Shown: one piece after another, positions 19,020-29,426 of the stretch | How the letters are laid out: each line of letters begins with the position of its first letter | How positions within the stretch are numbered: position 1 is the stretch's first letter | NCBI GenBank assembly: GCA_964344595.1 | Contig: CAYFNV010000003.1 | Coordinates: 7,014-71,013 of the forward strand | Length of the DNA: 64,000 nucleotides | Source of the DNA: an uncultured Nitrospina sp. | Lineage (GTDB): Bacteria > Nitrospinota > Nitrospinia > Nitrospinales > VA-1 | Reading direction: 5' to 3' | The notes under the pieces: model-generated | Told to the model about the DNA's origin: nothing | What the model saw: only the letters and a program-made list of their open reading frames with translations | Databases searched by the model: none | Translations under genes and position numbers: made by a program

Positions 19020-20774
19020 CTAATTTGACCTGAAATTATCTAGGCTCAGGGGAATAGAATCCAGATATTTATCTTTGACGCGGTACTGAAGGTTGTTTAC
19101 TTCCACAAGGTATTCTTGTTCCTGTTCAAAGTGTTTCCCGGTTTTTAAGGTTGCAACTACTTCCTGATCATTTTTGAAAAGGGTAATTGTGAATGTTGGA
19201 GGATTTAGCCCTGATAGATCTGTGGAAAGAGGAGGGGTGACTAGAGAATCAAACTCCAATCCTTTCATAGCCCAGACCAAATCGTTTCCAATATGCTCTA
19301 TCTTGATTTTTTCGGGTTTAACTAGACTCCATTGAGGTCCACTTTTTTTCAATTCGAAAACTTCAGCAGCAGTATGGATAAGAACTTTTGTCACATCATC
19401 GCTTTCAAACTTCAGCAGTTTTTTATTTCTTAAGTCATGTAGGTTGCGAAATAATTTATCAACGACTTTTTTTGCAATGGAAAAAACGGTTGGTTCTCCA
19501 GTTCGTTTGGCGAAGACATACTGACCATCGGCAGATTGATTGCCCAATTGCAGTGTCCATGCTTTTGAGTTTTTCATCTTGACCGTAAGAGATTTTCGCG
19601 GAGAATCCAGGCCAAACGATTCAGGACTTTCCATGGAGATTTTTACAAACTGATTGATTTGAGCTTCTTTGAGGTCAAAGAGTAAGCTGTTGATGGTGGA
19701 CAGGTCAGCAGAGCTTTTTATCGGAGCTTGAATGTTCCAACTATTGTTTTTTCCACGGACAACGTCAATAGTTTCTTTTTCAGATTTCAACGCCAGTTCA
19801 AGAACTTCTTCTTCCTCAAACTCCAGCAAGGTTTTATTGAGAAACTCCACTGTTTTCTGAGAAAGTGTTTCAAACAATTTGGTGTCTACCAGCACAATAT
19901 TTTTCGATTTATTTGCTTTGGCATAAAATCCTTTATCTTCCTTACGAGCACCCAAAGAAAGCGTGTGGGTTTCATCGCTTTCTAAAACCAGTTTTAGTAT
20001 TGGCGTATTCAGCCCATATGGTTCCAAAGATTCAGGATTTTCATTGACAAATTCTTTAACTCGAGAAAACTGAATGGATTGGAGAAAGTTCATGATTGCA
20101 TCTTTGTCTCCTTGAGCATTAATATTTCCAGATATTTTCCAGGTATCACCTGTTTTTTTGAACTCCAGAGGATTATTTTTTCTGACAATTTGTATGTGTT
20201 CAATAGAGCCTGTATTGAAACTTAGCAGGGTTTTATCGCGAAAATTATAGGTAGATTTTTCAAAGCGCGAATGGGATGAGGTTGCCATCATTACTTCTGG
20301 ATGGTTCTCCCTCTTAAAATAGAGACTGCCTCCTAGAGGAGTTTCATCGCCTATTAACAGGATTTCATCTTTTTTGTTTTTAAGTTTGAAATGAACTTTA
20401 ATTAATGGAGAGTTTAGACCATAAATAGAAAGGTCCTTAGGGTGCTCTTCTACCACCCGTGTTTTTTTTAAATTTTCGATTTCTGAAATATAGGCATCCA
20501 CTTCTGTAGAATCGCCGGGTGCTGAAAGAGGATGAGTGATTTCCCATCTATGGAGGTCTTTGCGCTTTATACTTATGAATTTTCCATTTCCTGTCAGAGA
20601 AAACTCAACCACTTCTTCTGCTTGAAAAGGCAGAAGTTTTTCAGCTCGTTCTTTTTGTTTCTTTTCTTTTTGCTCGGTTGGAAGTTCAACGAAAAAATAA
20701 TAGAGAACCAGGCTCAAGAAGACGGCTGCCATCAGAGCCGTTCCTTTAAATCTCATAGCCTCCGCCTCCGCCAC
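19020..20774 (-). CDS. DUF4340-like periplasmic protein, N-terminally anchored, partner of the GldG-like ABC accessory protein
   Basis: One N-terminal TM helix followed by a repetitive beta-rich body. Overlaps the upstream GldG-like gene. Confidence 0.7.
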   Translation of the reverse strand: MAEAEAMRFKGTALMAAVFLSLVLYYFFVELPTEQKEKKQKERAEKLLPFQAEEVVEFSLTGNGKFISIKRKDLHRWEITHPLSAPGDSTEVDAYISEIENLKKTRVVEEHPKDLSIYGLNSPLIKVHFKLKNKKDEILLIGDETPLGGSLYFKRENHPEVMMATSSHSRFEKSTYNFRDKTLLSFNTGSIEHIQIVRKNNPLEFKKTGDTWKISGNINAQGDKDAIMNFLQSIQFSRVKEFVNENPESLEPYGLNTPILKLVLESDETHTLSLGARKEDKGFYAKANKSKNIVLVDTKLFETLSQKTVEFLNKTLLEFEEEEVLELALKSEKETIDVVRGKNNSWNIQAPIKSSADLSTINSLLFDLKEAQINQFVKISMESPESFGLDSPRKSLTVKMKNSKAWTLQLGNQSADGQYVFAKRTGEPTVFSIAKKVVDKLFRNLHDLRNKKLLKFESDDVTKVLIHTAAEVFELKKSGPQWSLVKPEKIKIEHIGNDLVWAMKGLEFDSLVTPPLSTDLSGLNPPTFTITLFKNDQEVVATLKTGKHFEQEQEYLVEVNNLQYRVKDKYLDSIPLSLDNFRSN

Positions 20775-22315
20775 CAGATGCGGATCCCCATTGTTGCAAT
20801 GAGACCAGGGAATATAATGATACCCATCGCGAATATTGCATTGCCTAAGGTTTGTGTCATTTGAATAGGAGTGCTCTTTCTTTCTTTTGGACGAATAGAA
20901 ATCAGCTGTTCCTCTTCAGCCAGCCAGGAAACAGCATTGAGAAAAAAATCACCGTTACCGGAGAAATTCGTATAGCGATTATTGGAAAAATCAGAATCTC
21001 CTACTACAAGAAGTGTGGCTTTTAAAGGAGATTTATCTTCGCCCGTTTTTTCTCCGAGGCTTTTTGTTGCTATGACTGATACGGAAACAGGTCCCTTTAT
21101 GTCTTCACCTTTGTCATAGTTGACGGTTCCTGTATCAAAATTTGACTCTGCCCAGCTATTGGCACCGGTCTTTAGTAGTTCTGTAGTAGTGATATCTGAT
21201 ATAGGAACGCCCTGGACCGATCTTATAATCGGGAATATAGTCTCAAGGACAAAGTCACTGGTAATTTCATGTTTTGTATATTGATTGACGACGGGTGCGG
21301 CGAAATCCCCTCCAAAAAGTTTGGACATGGGGTCGATTACTAGATCATCTCCAAGCTCAACACCCCATTTTTTAAGAAAAGTTTCCATATTGGATTCGGA
21401 CTTGGGATCGATGAGCATGAAAACTGCTCCACCGGAGTTTAAATAGTTATCAATGATTTTTTTCTCTTCTTCCTGAATAGGTTTCTTAGGGCCTGGAATT
21501 ACAAGCACCGAAGCATCTCCAGGTATTTCTCCTGTTTGAAGCAGGAGTAGAGGCTTGACAATAAACCCATCTTTCTCAAGGTTTTTCTTGGCAGTTGAAT
21601 AGCCCTCATTATTGTTGTTTTCTATTTTGCTTTCACCATGTCCTTCCAGAAAATAGATGATCTTTTGTTCGTCACGGGTTACTTTTAACAACGCGTTGGT
21701 GATGTTCTCCTCAGTAGTATTCTGTATTTTGGTTTCCTTGGTGCCACTTTCCAGAGCAACGGTTCCATAAGTAGTGACACCATATTGTTTTGTGACTGCC
21801 GGATTTTTATCCGGGTCAATGTATTGCAGGTTGATTTTATCGCTTACCTCAAGATAGCCGGCGATCAGATTGGTAAAGGCAATTTTTTCAGGTGACTCGG
21901 TTTGGAAAAAAGCGGTGAGTTTTACTTCGCGAGGGAGATTGGAAACGAGTTTTTTGGTTTGTGGTGCCAGGGTAAAAAAACCCCCTTCTGTAAAATCGAA
22001 ACGATGTTTATGTCGGTGTGCCAACAGATTTACAAATATCAATATGCCTAGAACTATGAAGGTCAGGGCCAGGGAGTTTGCACCATATAAAGCAGAACGA
22101 GAAGAAAAGGATTGCTTCAGCCGTGATCTTTCAACAACAACGAAAAAAATTCCATTTATCAGGGCAACAGCTGCCAGGGAAGCCGACACGCTCTTGAGAT
22201 CGGGCAGGACGCTATATATAAACAAGGCGGTAAACCCCATGATTAGTGTCAGCCATCCTGCCATCGGTGCAATTTTTTTCACTTCCTCACCTCCATCGAT
22301 TGGAATCCAGAACAC
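20753..22315 (-). CDS. GldG-like ABC-transporter accessory protein
   Basis: TM helices at both ends, a large periplasmic middle, and a C-terminal basic WWRRRR tail. Overlaps the ABC-2 permease gene. Confidence 0.75.
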   Translation of the reverse strand: MFWIPIDGGEEVKKIAPMAGWLTLIMGFTALFIYSVLPDLKSVSASLAAVALINGIFFVVVERSRLKQSFSSRSALYGANSLALTFIVLGILIFVNLLAHRHKHRFDFTEGGFFTLAPQTKKLVSNLPREVKLTAFFQTESPEKIAFTNLIAGYLEVSDKINLQYIDPDKNPAVTKQYGVTTYGTVALESGTKETKIQNTTEENITNALLKVTRDEQKIIYFLEGHGESKIENNNNEGYSTAKKNLEKDGFIVKPLLLLQTGEIPGDASVLVIPGPKKPIQEEEKKIIDNYLNSGGAVFMLIDPKSESNMETFLKKWGVELGDDLVIDPMSKLFGGDFAAPVVNQYTKHEITSDFVLETIFPIIRSVQGVPISDITTTELLKTGANSWAESNFDTGTVNYDKGEDIKGPVSVSVIATKSLGEKTGEDKSPLKATLLVVGDSDFSNNRYTNFSGNGDFFLNAVSWLAEEEQLISIRPKERKSTPIQMTQTLGNAIFAMGIIIFPGLIATMGIRIWWRRRRL

Positions 22316-23054
22316 GGTGACAAAGGAAAAGGCTGAGAAAGATAAAACTCAGGTAATACACCAGGTCGCTGGTATCTATAATGCCTTTTAAAAAACGATC
22401 CAAATGGTCAACGATAGAAAGGAATTGCAAAACCTGTCCGGTAGTTGCCCCTGCAGCCTGGGCTCCCCACCCGATGACCCACATGAACAGTGAGAACCCG
22501 AATGTCAGAACAGCTGCGACAATTTGATTGTCTGTCAAGGATGATGCGAAGACTCCCACTGATACATAGCAACCAGCCATCAACACAACACCCATATAGC
22601 CTGTGACGATTGGGCCGGTTTCGGGTTCTCCCAATAGAAACAAAAAGCCTACTGAATAGGAAGAGAGTAGAATTATCGCAGTCACTACAAACATGCATGC
22701 CAGAAATTTCCCAAGAATTATTTCCCTGAGGTGTATAGGCGATGAAAGAAGGAGGCGGAAAGTTTTCATTTTTTTCTCATCGGCAAAGCTGCGCATGGTT
22801 ATAACAGGGATAATCATCAGCAGAATCACTGACATATTTTGCAGGCTGGGTTCAACAACCATTTCGTTCAAGTTCAGGTTAACTCCCATGGCTTGAAGTT
22901 GCCCTGCTTGTAAACTCTGAAAACTAAAAAAGTTTAAAATATTAAAAAATATAAAGCTATATATGATCAGGAATACGGTTGTGATCACATAAAAAATTGG
23001 TGAGTTGAAAAATGACCCTAAATCCCTCTTGGCAATGATCCATGCATTTCTCAT
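22287..23054 (-). CDS. ABC-2 type permease (GldF-like)
   Basis: 255 aa with six predicted TM segments. Overlaps the ATPase gene by 4 nt. Confidence 0.8.
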   Translation of the reverse strand: MRNAWIIAKRDLGSFFNSPIFYVITTVFLIIYSFIFFNILNFFSFQSLQAGQLQAMGVNLNLNEMVVEPSLQNMSVILLMIIPVITMRSFADEKKMKTFRLLLSSPIHLREIILGKFLACMFVVTAIILLSSYSVGFLFLLGEPETGPIVTGYMGVVLMAGCYVSVGVFASSLTDNQIVAAVLTFGFSLFMWVIGWGAQAAGATTGQVLQFLSIVDHLDRFLKGIIDTSDLVYYLSFIFLSLFLCHRVLDSNRWR

Positions 23055-23986
23055 ATTTCCACATCCTTTTCTTCAATAGTCAGCTTGAGAAATACATCTT
23101 CCAGTGTCATGGAGATTGGCTTGATTTCGACAAGACCCCATTGATTATCCAGAGCCATGCGAGCGAATTCATCTTGCAGGTTTGAGTTCAATGCGCATTC
23201 AACCAGAAACTGGTTCTGTTCGCCGGGTAATACAGAAAGCACTTGACTGTTAGAGTTTAATTTTTCAGCTATGTCATCTTTTGCGTTTCTTACTGTGAGA
23301 GAAAGACGTTCGCTCTTTCTTAGAGATGCAGTCAAACCTTCCAGGGAGTCTACCGCCGCAATTTCTCCTTCATTGATGATGATGACCCGCTGACAAATTT
23401 GTGTGATTTCAGGAAGAATATGTGAACTGAGTATTATGGTATGCGATGAGGCCAATTCAAGAATTAATTTGCGGATTTCTATAATTTGAATGGGATCCAG
23501 ACCAATAGTTGGTTCATCGAGAATAAGGATGTCAGGATTATGCACCATGGCCTGAGCCAGTCCAACGCGTTGCTGGTAACCTTTGGATAGTCGTCCTATG
23601 ATGCGCTGGCTGACGTCGTTCAGGGAACATTTTCCCATTACAGTTTCGACTGCGCTTCCAGTTTGTTTCCCCGGAACACCTCTTACATTTGCGGCGAATA
23701 CAAGATAATCACGCACAGTCATGTCAGGGTAGAGAGGAGGGGTCTCTGGTAGATAGCCTATGATTTTTCTTAGTTCGATTGAATGTTCAAAGGTATCATA
23801 ACCCTGGATTCGAGCTGTTCCACTGGAAGCGGGAAGGATGCATGAAAGTATGTTCATGGTCGTGCTTTTCCCCGCTCCATTTGGGCCCAGGAAACCAACG
23901 ACTTCCCCTTGTGCTATTTGAAATGATAAATTGTTGATGGCCTTTCTAGGGCCATAGTACTTGGTAAGATTCTCAACCTCAATCAT
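23051..23986 (-). CDS. ABC transporter ATP-binding protein
   Basis: Walker A GPNGAGKST, signature LSKGYQQR, Walker B ILILDEP, H-loop SSHIL. Confidence 0.9.
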   Translation of the reverse strand: MIEVENLTKYYGPRKAINNLSFQIAQGEVVGFLGPNGAGKSTTMNILSCILPASSGTARIQGYDTFEHSIELRKIIGYLPETPPLYPDMTVRDYLVFAANVRGVPGKQTGSAVETVMGKCSLNDVSQRIIGRLSKGYQQRVGLAQAMVHNPDILILDEPTIGLDPIQIIEIRKLILELASSHTIILSSHILPEITQICQRVIIINEGEIAAVDSLEGLTASLRKSERLSLTVRNAKDDIAEKLNSNSQVLSVLPGEQNQFLVECALNSNLQDEFARMALDNQWGLVEIKPISMTLEDVFLKLTIEEKDVEI

Positions 23987-24189
23987 CTCGAAACTCCATA
24001 TGACTGCAATCTTTCCAAGGGATTTTAAACTCTTTAAACAGAAGAAAACTTAAAGTGAACTGGCAAGCAGGAAAATTTTATACCGAAAAAATATCATAGA
24101 GGATTCGTAACTTTCAATTAAAAATTTTTAATTCTGAGTTGTAAAAGAGTATATATCTCGATCAACTTGTATGCAGGGTTCCGTTCTCA

Positions 24190-25224
24190 TTATGGAGTGA
24201 CGCGTTTACCTTTTTGCTGTGCCGATTGGTAAACAGCATTGATGATCTCAAGTGCACGTAAGCCGTCTTCACCTGTTGATACTCCGGTCTTTCCTGTTCG
24301 GAGAGTTCTTAACATTTCACGTGCTCCTCCGGTAAAAGGAGATTCAGAATTTTTAGGTTCAGGAAAAGGGATTTTTTCCAGTTCTTGAAAGCCTGTGAAT
24401 CGTCTGCTTTTTTTGGTGACATAGAGTTCTCGTCCGGCATTGCCAATGAGTAATCGCCCTTCTGATCCTTGAATATCCAGCTCGAAGTTAAAATATTTTC
24501 TTGCGCCTCCTCCTTCTATAAACCCAATAGCACCACTTTTAAAACACAACATGGCACTTGCGGTTTCTTCAATATATTTTTTCCCGCCGGGTCTGTTCTC
24601 GTGACCGGATACCCAGTCTACAGAACCTCCAAAAAAAATCATGAGATCTGTAAGATGAGTGCCATCATGAAAAAGAGGGCCTCCACCATGCATTGCAACA
24701 GATAGCTTCTCAGGTTTCCAACTCAAGGCATTTCCAATTATAGTTTTTACCTCCCCAATTTTTCCTGAGAGAATCAGCTTGCGGGCTTGTTGGTAATAAG
24801 CGTCCCATCTTCTTTCATGATTAATAATCAGAGGAATATTGTTTTTTTTACAAACACGAACCATTTCACGTGCTTGTTCCAGATTGATTGCAATTGGTTT
24901 TTCGCAGAAAATACCTTTGACTCCAGCCTTTACCGCCTCCAGGGTCATGCTTGCATGTAGTGATGTCCAGGTAGCGATACAAAGAATATCCAGATTTTCT
25001 TTTTCAAGCATTTCCTGGTAATCGGTATACAACCTGCTTACATTCCAGTGTTTTCCAAAACTATGGAGCCGGTCTGTATCGATATCACATCCTGCCGATA
25101 AATCAACAGCAGGTAAAGATGAAAACCCTCCTGCGTGAGTACAGGGTTTGCCACGCAAAGGATCTCTTTCAAGAAGACTCCCTATGCGACCACACCCAAC
25201 AATTCCTGTTTTGAACTTTTTCAC
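24190..25224 (-). CDS. Gfo/Idh/MocA family NAD(P)-dependent oxidoreductase
   Basis: N-terminal GIVGCGRIG Rossmann motif, EKP motif (FCEKPIA), and a typical C-terminal alpha/beta domain. Confidence 0.85.
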   Translation of the reverse strand: MKKFKTGIVGCGRIGSLLERDPLRGKPCTHAGGFSSLPAVDLSAGCDIDTDRLHSFGKHWNVSRLYTDYQEMLEKENLDILCIATWTSLHASMTLEAVKAGVKGIFCEKPIAINLEQAREMVRVCKKNNIPLIINHERRWDAYYQQARKLILSGKIGEVKTIIGNALSWKPEKLSVAMHGGGPLFHDGTHLTDLMIFFGGSVDWVSGHENRPGGKKYIEETASAMLCFKSGAIGFIEGGGARKYFNFELDIQGSEGRLLIGNAGRELYVTKKSRRFTGFQELEKIPFPEPKNSESPFTGGAREMLRTLRTGKTGVSTGEDGLRALEIINAVYQSAQQKGKRVTP

Positions 25225-25303
25225 TAAAAATTATGAGAGAGAAGGTTTGTCGATATGGTTCAATTGGTAAGGATATTATAACACCGGAAGGAGATAACAA
25301 GCG

Positions 25304-25371
25304 GTGTAACAAAATCACTCCTGTTGAAACAGGAATGATTTTGTTACACGGGGCCTTATTAATTAGGCCCC
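25304..25371 (-). terminator. Two adjacent hairpins downstream of flaG (long 14+5-bp stem, then GGGGCC/GGCCCC stem); weak U-tract
   Basis: GTGTAACAAAATCA..CCTGT-TGAA-ACAGG..TGATTTTGTTACAC lies at 25304-25349. GGGGCC-N10-GGCCCC lies at 25350-25371. Confidence 0.45.
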
Positions 25372-25384
25372 GGATTTATAACTG

Positions 25385-25783
25385 CTATCGGGGTGTTTCA
25401 GTTGGCCGGTTTTGATTGAAGGCCACGCTGTTATATTCGCTGATACTTTTGCTAAGGCGCAACCTTTGCTCTCCTGGTATCTGGCGAACTTCTTCCCCTG
25501 TCTTTCCATTAACGACTTCGACGATGACTTCCTGCGACTCAGGGTCTATGCGTACCCGGGTTTTGTTTTCTGATCCTGCCAATCCGGTATTGTCAGAAGA
25601 AACATCATTGTCGTCAGATATGATTTTCACTGTATTCAAGTCAGTCTGGTTGCCTGAAACCTGGCCATTGGCATCCACTTGGGGAGGGCCTCCGGTGGCT
25701 TCATGCGAATGTGGTTTTACTGAATGGTATTGCTGTGGAGAAAACCCCACAGAAAACGCTTTCGGAAAAATTGTTAATGACAT
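25385..25783 (-). CDS. flaG: FlaG family flagellar protein
   Basis: AGGAGG SD. C-terminal VIVEVVNGKTGEEVRQIPGEQRLRLSKSI matches the FlaG signature. Confidence 0.75.
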   Translation of the reverse strand: MSLTIFPKAFSVGFSPQQYHSVKPHSHEATGGPPQVDANGQVSGNQTDLNTVKIISDDNDVSSDNTGLAGSENKTRVRIDPESQEVIVEVVNGKTGEEVRQIPGEQRLRLSKSISEYNSVAFNQNRPTETPR

Positions 25784-25853
25784 TTTAAACCTCCTGAATA
25801 TTGTTGGATGAATTGACAGGAAGCCAAGGCTTCCTTAATTCATCTGTATTTAA

Positions 25854-26717
25854 TTATTGGACTCCTTCAAATAAGGTCAGTACAGCTTGAGGAATCAGAT
25901 TGGCTTGCCCAATCATTGCGGCTCCTGCCTGAACCAGAATCTGGTTTTTGGTCAGAGCTGTCAGTTCCTCAGCCATGTCTGCGTCCTTAATGGTTGACTC
26001 CGCTGTTGTCAAACCCTCAACTTGAGAGTTGATGCTGTTCAGTGCACGAGTCATGCGAATTTGCGTTGATCCAACTTTGCTCCGGATACTAATCAACTCA
26101 TCAATAGCGAGTGTCAGATCATTGAGAGCAAGAAAGGAATCACTTTGCGACGTGATGTTAGAACCGGTCAATCCCAATCCTGCAAGATTTACCGCTGTTA
26201 AGTCGATCTCCGTATTCAGGTCAATCTGGTTTTGAGCAGAGGAATCAACGCCTAATTGGAGAACGAGGTGTTCCAGAGCACTTGCTGACAGAGATCCATC
26301 AAGCAGTTTGGTTCCTCTGAACTCTGTGACTTCTACAATCCTGTCCAACTCTGCCAACAGGTTTTGATATTCAAGGTTAACAGTTTGTCTTTCATCCTGG
26401 CCTACTGTTCCGTTAGCGGACTGGGATGCAAGTGATCGAAGGCGAATGAGAATGCTTGATATTTCGTTTAAAGCACCTTCAGCAGTTCGAGTCAGAGCCA
26501 GTCCATCGTTCACATTTCTGGAACCTTGTTGAAGGGCGCGGATGTCTGATCGAAGGTTTTCGGTCAACGCAAGTTCTGCAGCTCCGTCAGTGGCTTCATT
26601 AATTCTAATGCCTGATGCCAGCCGGGTTATGGATTGCCCAACTTGAGAGCGGCTTAATTCGAGAACGCGTTGGGCGTTCATCGAAGATAAGTTAGTATTT
26701 ATGGTTAATGCACCCAT
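25854..26717 (-). CDS. Flagellin (287 aa, D0/D1-only size), divergent paralog
   Basis: MGALTINTNLSSMNAQR...SGIRINEATDGAAEL...QILVQAGAAMIGQANLIPQAVLTLF. Confidence 0.9.
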   Translation of the reverse strand: MGALTINTNLSSMNAQRVLELSRSQVGQSITRLASGIRINEATDGAAELALTENLRSDIRALQQGSRNVNDGLALTRTAEGALNEISSILIRLRSLASQSANGTVGQDERQTVNLEYQNLLAELDRIVEVTEFRGTKLLDGSLSASALEHLVLQLGVDSSAQNQIDLNTEIDLTAVNLAGLGLTGSNITSQSDSFLALNDLTLAIDELISIRSKVGSTQIRMTRALNSINSQVEGLTTAESTIKDADMAEELTALTKNQILVQAGAAMIGQANLIPQAVLTLFEGVQ

Positions 26718-26816
26718 TTTCTTTTCCTCCCTGAAAAGTCTGGTGTTTAGTTTTGAGTTTCAGCTTCCTTGCTTTATTAACTCGGTGAAACTGGTTCGTT
26801 CCGAGGTAAATCTTTA

Positions 26817-27674
26817 TTACTGGAGAAGCTGCAAGACAGATTGTGGAATCAGGTTTGCTTGACCCACCATCGCTGTTGATGCCTGCACCAGAATCTGGTT
26901 TCGGGTCAACAGAGCTACCTCTTCAGCGATGTCCGCATCACGGATTGCTGACTCGGCGGCTTGCAGATTTTCAATAGTAATAGAAAGATTCGAAATGGTC
27001 CTGACCAATCGGTTTTGCACCGCACCTACTTTACCTCGCCCTTGAGTTACCACTGAAATGGAACTGTTCATCTGGTCGAGGGTTGTCAACGCTGCTCCGG
27101 CCGTAGTCAAATTCAGACCGGAGAGTCCCAGGCTGGATGAGGTTACGGCTGTTAAATTCACTTGTTCATTCAGGTCGATTCGACTGTCACTATTGCTGTT
27201 AATACCGACCTGGATAAGAATGTGATTGGAGGAGGCAACGGATGAAGCCAATGACCCGTCCACCAGCCTTTGGCCGTTGAATTCGGTAGTATTGGCAATA
27301 CGGTCAATTTCCAGCCGCAGCGCATCAAATTCCAATTGGATGGTTTGGCGTTCTGTAGACCCTACGGTTCCTGTTGCGGCCTGTGAAGCCAGTTCCCGGA
27401 GACGAATTAAAATTCCGGACTGTTCATTGAGGGCACCCTCTGTAACGTTAATGAGGGAGATGCCGTCGTTGGCGTTTCTTACTGCTTGACGCAGTGCTCG
27501 GATATCGGATCTTAAAGCCTCGGAGATGGCTAGACCCGCAGCATCGTCAGCACCACGGTTAATGCGAATCCCTGAAGAGATTCTTTCAACCGAAGTTGCA
27601 AGGCGGTCGTTGTTGACACCCAATATTCTTTGGGCGTTCAAAGACGGAATGTTATTAAAAATTCTGATGGGCAT
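26817..27674 (-). CDS. Flagellin (285 aa)
   Basis: Canonical N-terminus (RIFNNIPSLNAQR, SSGIRINRGADDAAGLAISE) and C-terminus (RNQILVQASTAMVGQANLIPQSVLQLLQ). Confidence 0.95.
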   Translation of the reverse strand: MPIRIFNNIPSLNAQRILGVNNDRLATSVERISSGIRINRGADDAAGLAISEALRSDIRALRQAVRNANDGISLINVTEGALNEQSGILIRLRELASQAATGTVGSTERQTIQLEFDALRLEIDRIANTTEFNGQRLVDGSLASSVASSNHILIQVGINSNSDSRIDLNEQVNLTAVTSSSLGLSGLNLTTAGAALTTLDQMNSSISVVTQGRGKVGAVQNRLVRTISNLSITIENLQAAESAIRDADIAEEVALLTRNQILVQASTAMVGQANLIPQSVLQLLQ

Positions 27675-27719
27675 GTTTATTATCCTCCTTGATAATTAGG
27701 AATGAAGTAAATTCCCGTT

Positions 27720-27737
27720 TTCAGCTTCCGTGCTGAA
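27720..27737 (-). promoter_or_regulatory. Leader hairpin with GGA in the loop (CsrA-site-like)
   Basis: Minus strand reads TTCAGC-ACGGAA-GCTGAA. It lies ~45 nt upstream of the AAGGAGGA SD. Confidence 0.35.
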
Positions 27738-27867
27738 ATTGAATAAACAGATGTTTCCTTTCTTAAATTTGAAAATTTTTAAAACTTACGAAGTTTAGAG
27801 TTTCAATGCCAGTTCGACCAATCCCCTCCAGGAAAACCGAACTATATTTTTACTAAACTCAAGATTT

Positions 27868-27895
27868 CTATCGGGATATGGAAAAAATAGCTTTA
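27868..27895 (-). promoter_or_regulatory. Sigma-28 (FliA)-type promoter
   Basis: Minus strand reads TAAAGCTA-...-CCCGATAG (TAAA-N16-cCCGATAg), ~190 nt upstream of the flagellin ATG. Confidence 0.55.
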
Positions 27896-28022
27896 TAGTT
27901 TTTTTAGATAAATGTGGGGAAAGGTTGGAAAAAGTAATTTTTTAAGAACGACAAACCTCGGCAGGTTTTTATATAAATACTTGTTTTGTTGAAGGTTATT
28001 TTGTTTTTGGGTGGGGTGGTGT

Positions 28023-28055
28023 AAAAAAATGCGCCCTCCATATTTGGAGGACGCA
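28023..28055 (-). terminator. Rho-independent terminator after flaG
   Basis: Minus strand reads TGCGTCCTCCA-AATA-TGGAGGGCGCA followed by T7. Confidence 0.8.
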
Positions 28056-28109
28056 TAAACCATCTTAAGGGATGGTCGGAGGAGCCAGTTAGAATTTTTG
28101 AATCAGGTG

Positions 28110-28460
28110 TCAAACAGTTTCATCGAGATATTTCTGGTTAAACTCTGCTATACGTTGAGTTAGTTTTAAAAAATCTTCTCCAGGAATTTGTCTAACAATC
28201 TCTCCCGATTCACGATCTACAACACGAATGACCACTTCGTTTGTTTCAGGATTAACTTTGTAATCCACCTTATGGTCTGTTGAGAAGCTTATTTGATCCA
28301 ATACCGCAGTATCTGCAAAACCGGTTGCTTCTTTATTTGCATCAATATCCTTTGCGAAGTTTGGCCCGCTCTGGGAGTGCTCCTTTGAAGGCTTTTGGTT
28401 TTGCCCGGTTTGCACAGGGCCGTTTAACTTGCCTGTAAAGGAGGAAATACTTAGTGACAT
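28110..28460 (-). CDS. flaG: FlaG family flagellar protein (116 aa from the ATG at 28460)
   Basis: AGGAGG lies 7 nt upstream of ATG 28460. VVIRVVDRESGEIVRQIPGEDFLKLTQRI signature. Confidence 0.8.
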   Translation of the reverse strand: MSLSISSFTGKLNGPVQTGQNQKPSKEHSQSGPNFAKDIDANKEATGFADTAVLDQISFSTDHKVDYKVNPETNEVVIRVVDRESGEIVRQIPGEDFLKLTQRIAEFNQKYLDETV

Positions 28461-28535
28461 ATAAGACCTCCTGTTAATTAAATATTTTTGAAAACTCAAA
28501 TAAAACTTTGTTTTCAAAAAGGCGGTTATTAAAAA

Positions 28536-29393
28536 TTATCCCAAGAGCTGTAATACCGATTGCGGGATCAAGTTTGCCTGACCTACCATGGCCGTTGAAG
28601 CTTGTACCAGAATCTGGTTTCGAGTCAGCAGGGCTACTTCTTCTGCAATGTCGGCATCTCGAATAGCAGATTCTGCGGCTTGCAGATTCTCGACCGAGAT
28701 GGACAGATTCGAAATTGTTCGGACAAGCCGGTTTTGCACCGCACCCACTTTACCTCGGGATTGGGTAACAGCGGAAATCGCAGTGTTAATGGAATCCAAA
28801 GCTGTGAGAGCTCCGGCGGCACTGGTTACGCTCAGGCCAGAGACACCAAGGGCGGATGCTGTAACCGCTGTCAGGTTGATTTGTTCGTTTAGATTGATAC
28901 GACTGTCTACGCCGCTATCAATTCCCACCTGAATAAGAATCTGGCTTGTAGAAGCAACAGAAGAAGCCAAAGAACCATCAACCAGTTTCTGACCGTTAAA
29001 TGCTGTTGTATTTGCGATACGATCAATTTCCAATCGCAGAGCGTCAAACTCCAATTGAACAGTTTGTCGTTCTGTCGACCCTACTGTTCCGGTAGCGGCT
29101 TGAGAGGAAAGCTCTCTTAGGCGGATCAAGATGCTTGACTGCTCGTTAAGAGCACCTTCTGTAACGTTGATGAGTGATATTCCATCGTTTGCGTTTCGGA
29201 CAGCTTGCCTGAGTGCTCGAATGTCCGAGCGTAAAGCTTCTGAAATAGCTAAACCTGCTGCATCATCGGCACCTCTGTTGATCCGGATACCGGATGAGAT
29301 ACGCTCTACTGATTGTGCAAGACGATCATTGTTGGTACCCAAAATTCTTTGGGCGTTAATTGAGGGGATGTTGTTAAAGATTCGAACTGGCAT
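28536..29393 (-). CDS. Flagellin (285 aa)
   Basis: Nearly identical at the protein level to 26817..27674 over the D0/D1 helices, but differs at many synonymous sites. Confidence 0.95.
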   Translation of the reverse strand: MPVRIFNNIPSINAQRILGTNNDRLAQSVERISSGIRINRGADDAAGLAISEALRSDIRALRQAVRNANDGISLINVTEGALNEQSSILIRLRELSSQAATGTVGSTERQTVQLEFDALRLEIDRIANTTAFNGQKLVDGSLASSVASTSQILIQVGIDSGVDSRINLNEQINLTAVTASALGVSGLSVTSAAGALTALDSINTAISAVTQSRGKVGAVQNRLVRTISNLSISVENLQAAESAIRDADIAEEVALLTRNQILVQASTAMVGQANLIPQSVLQLLG

Positions 29394-29426
29394 TGTAATC
29401 CTCCATGATTAGTTTTTTGGGTTACT

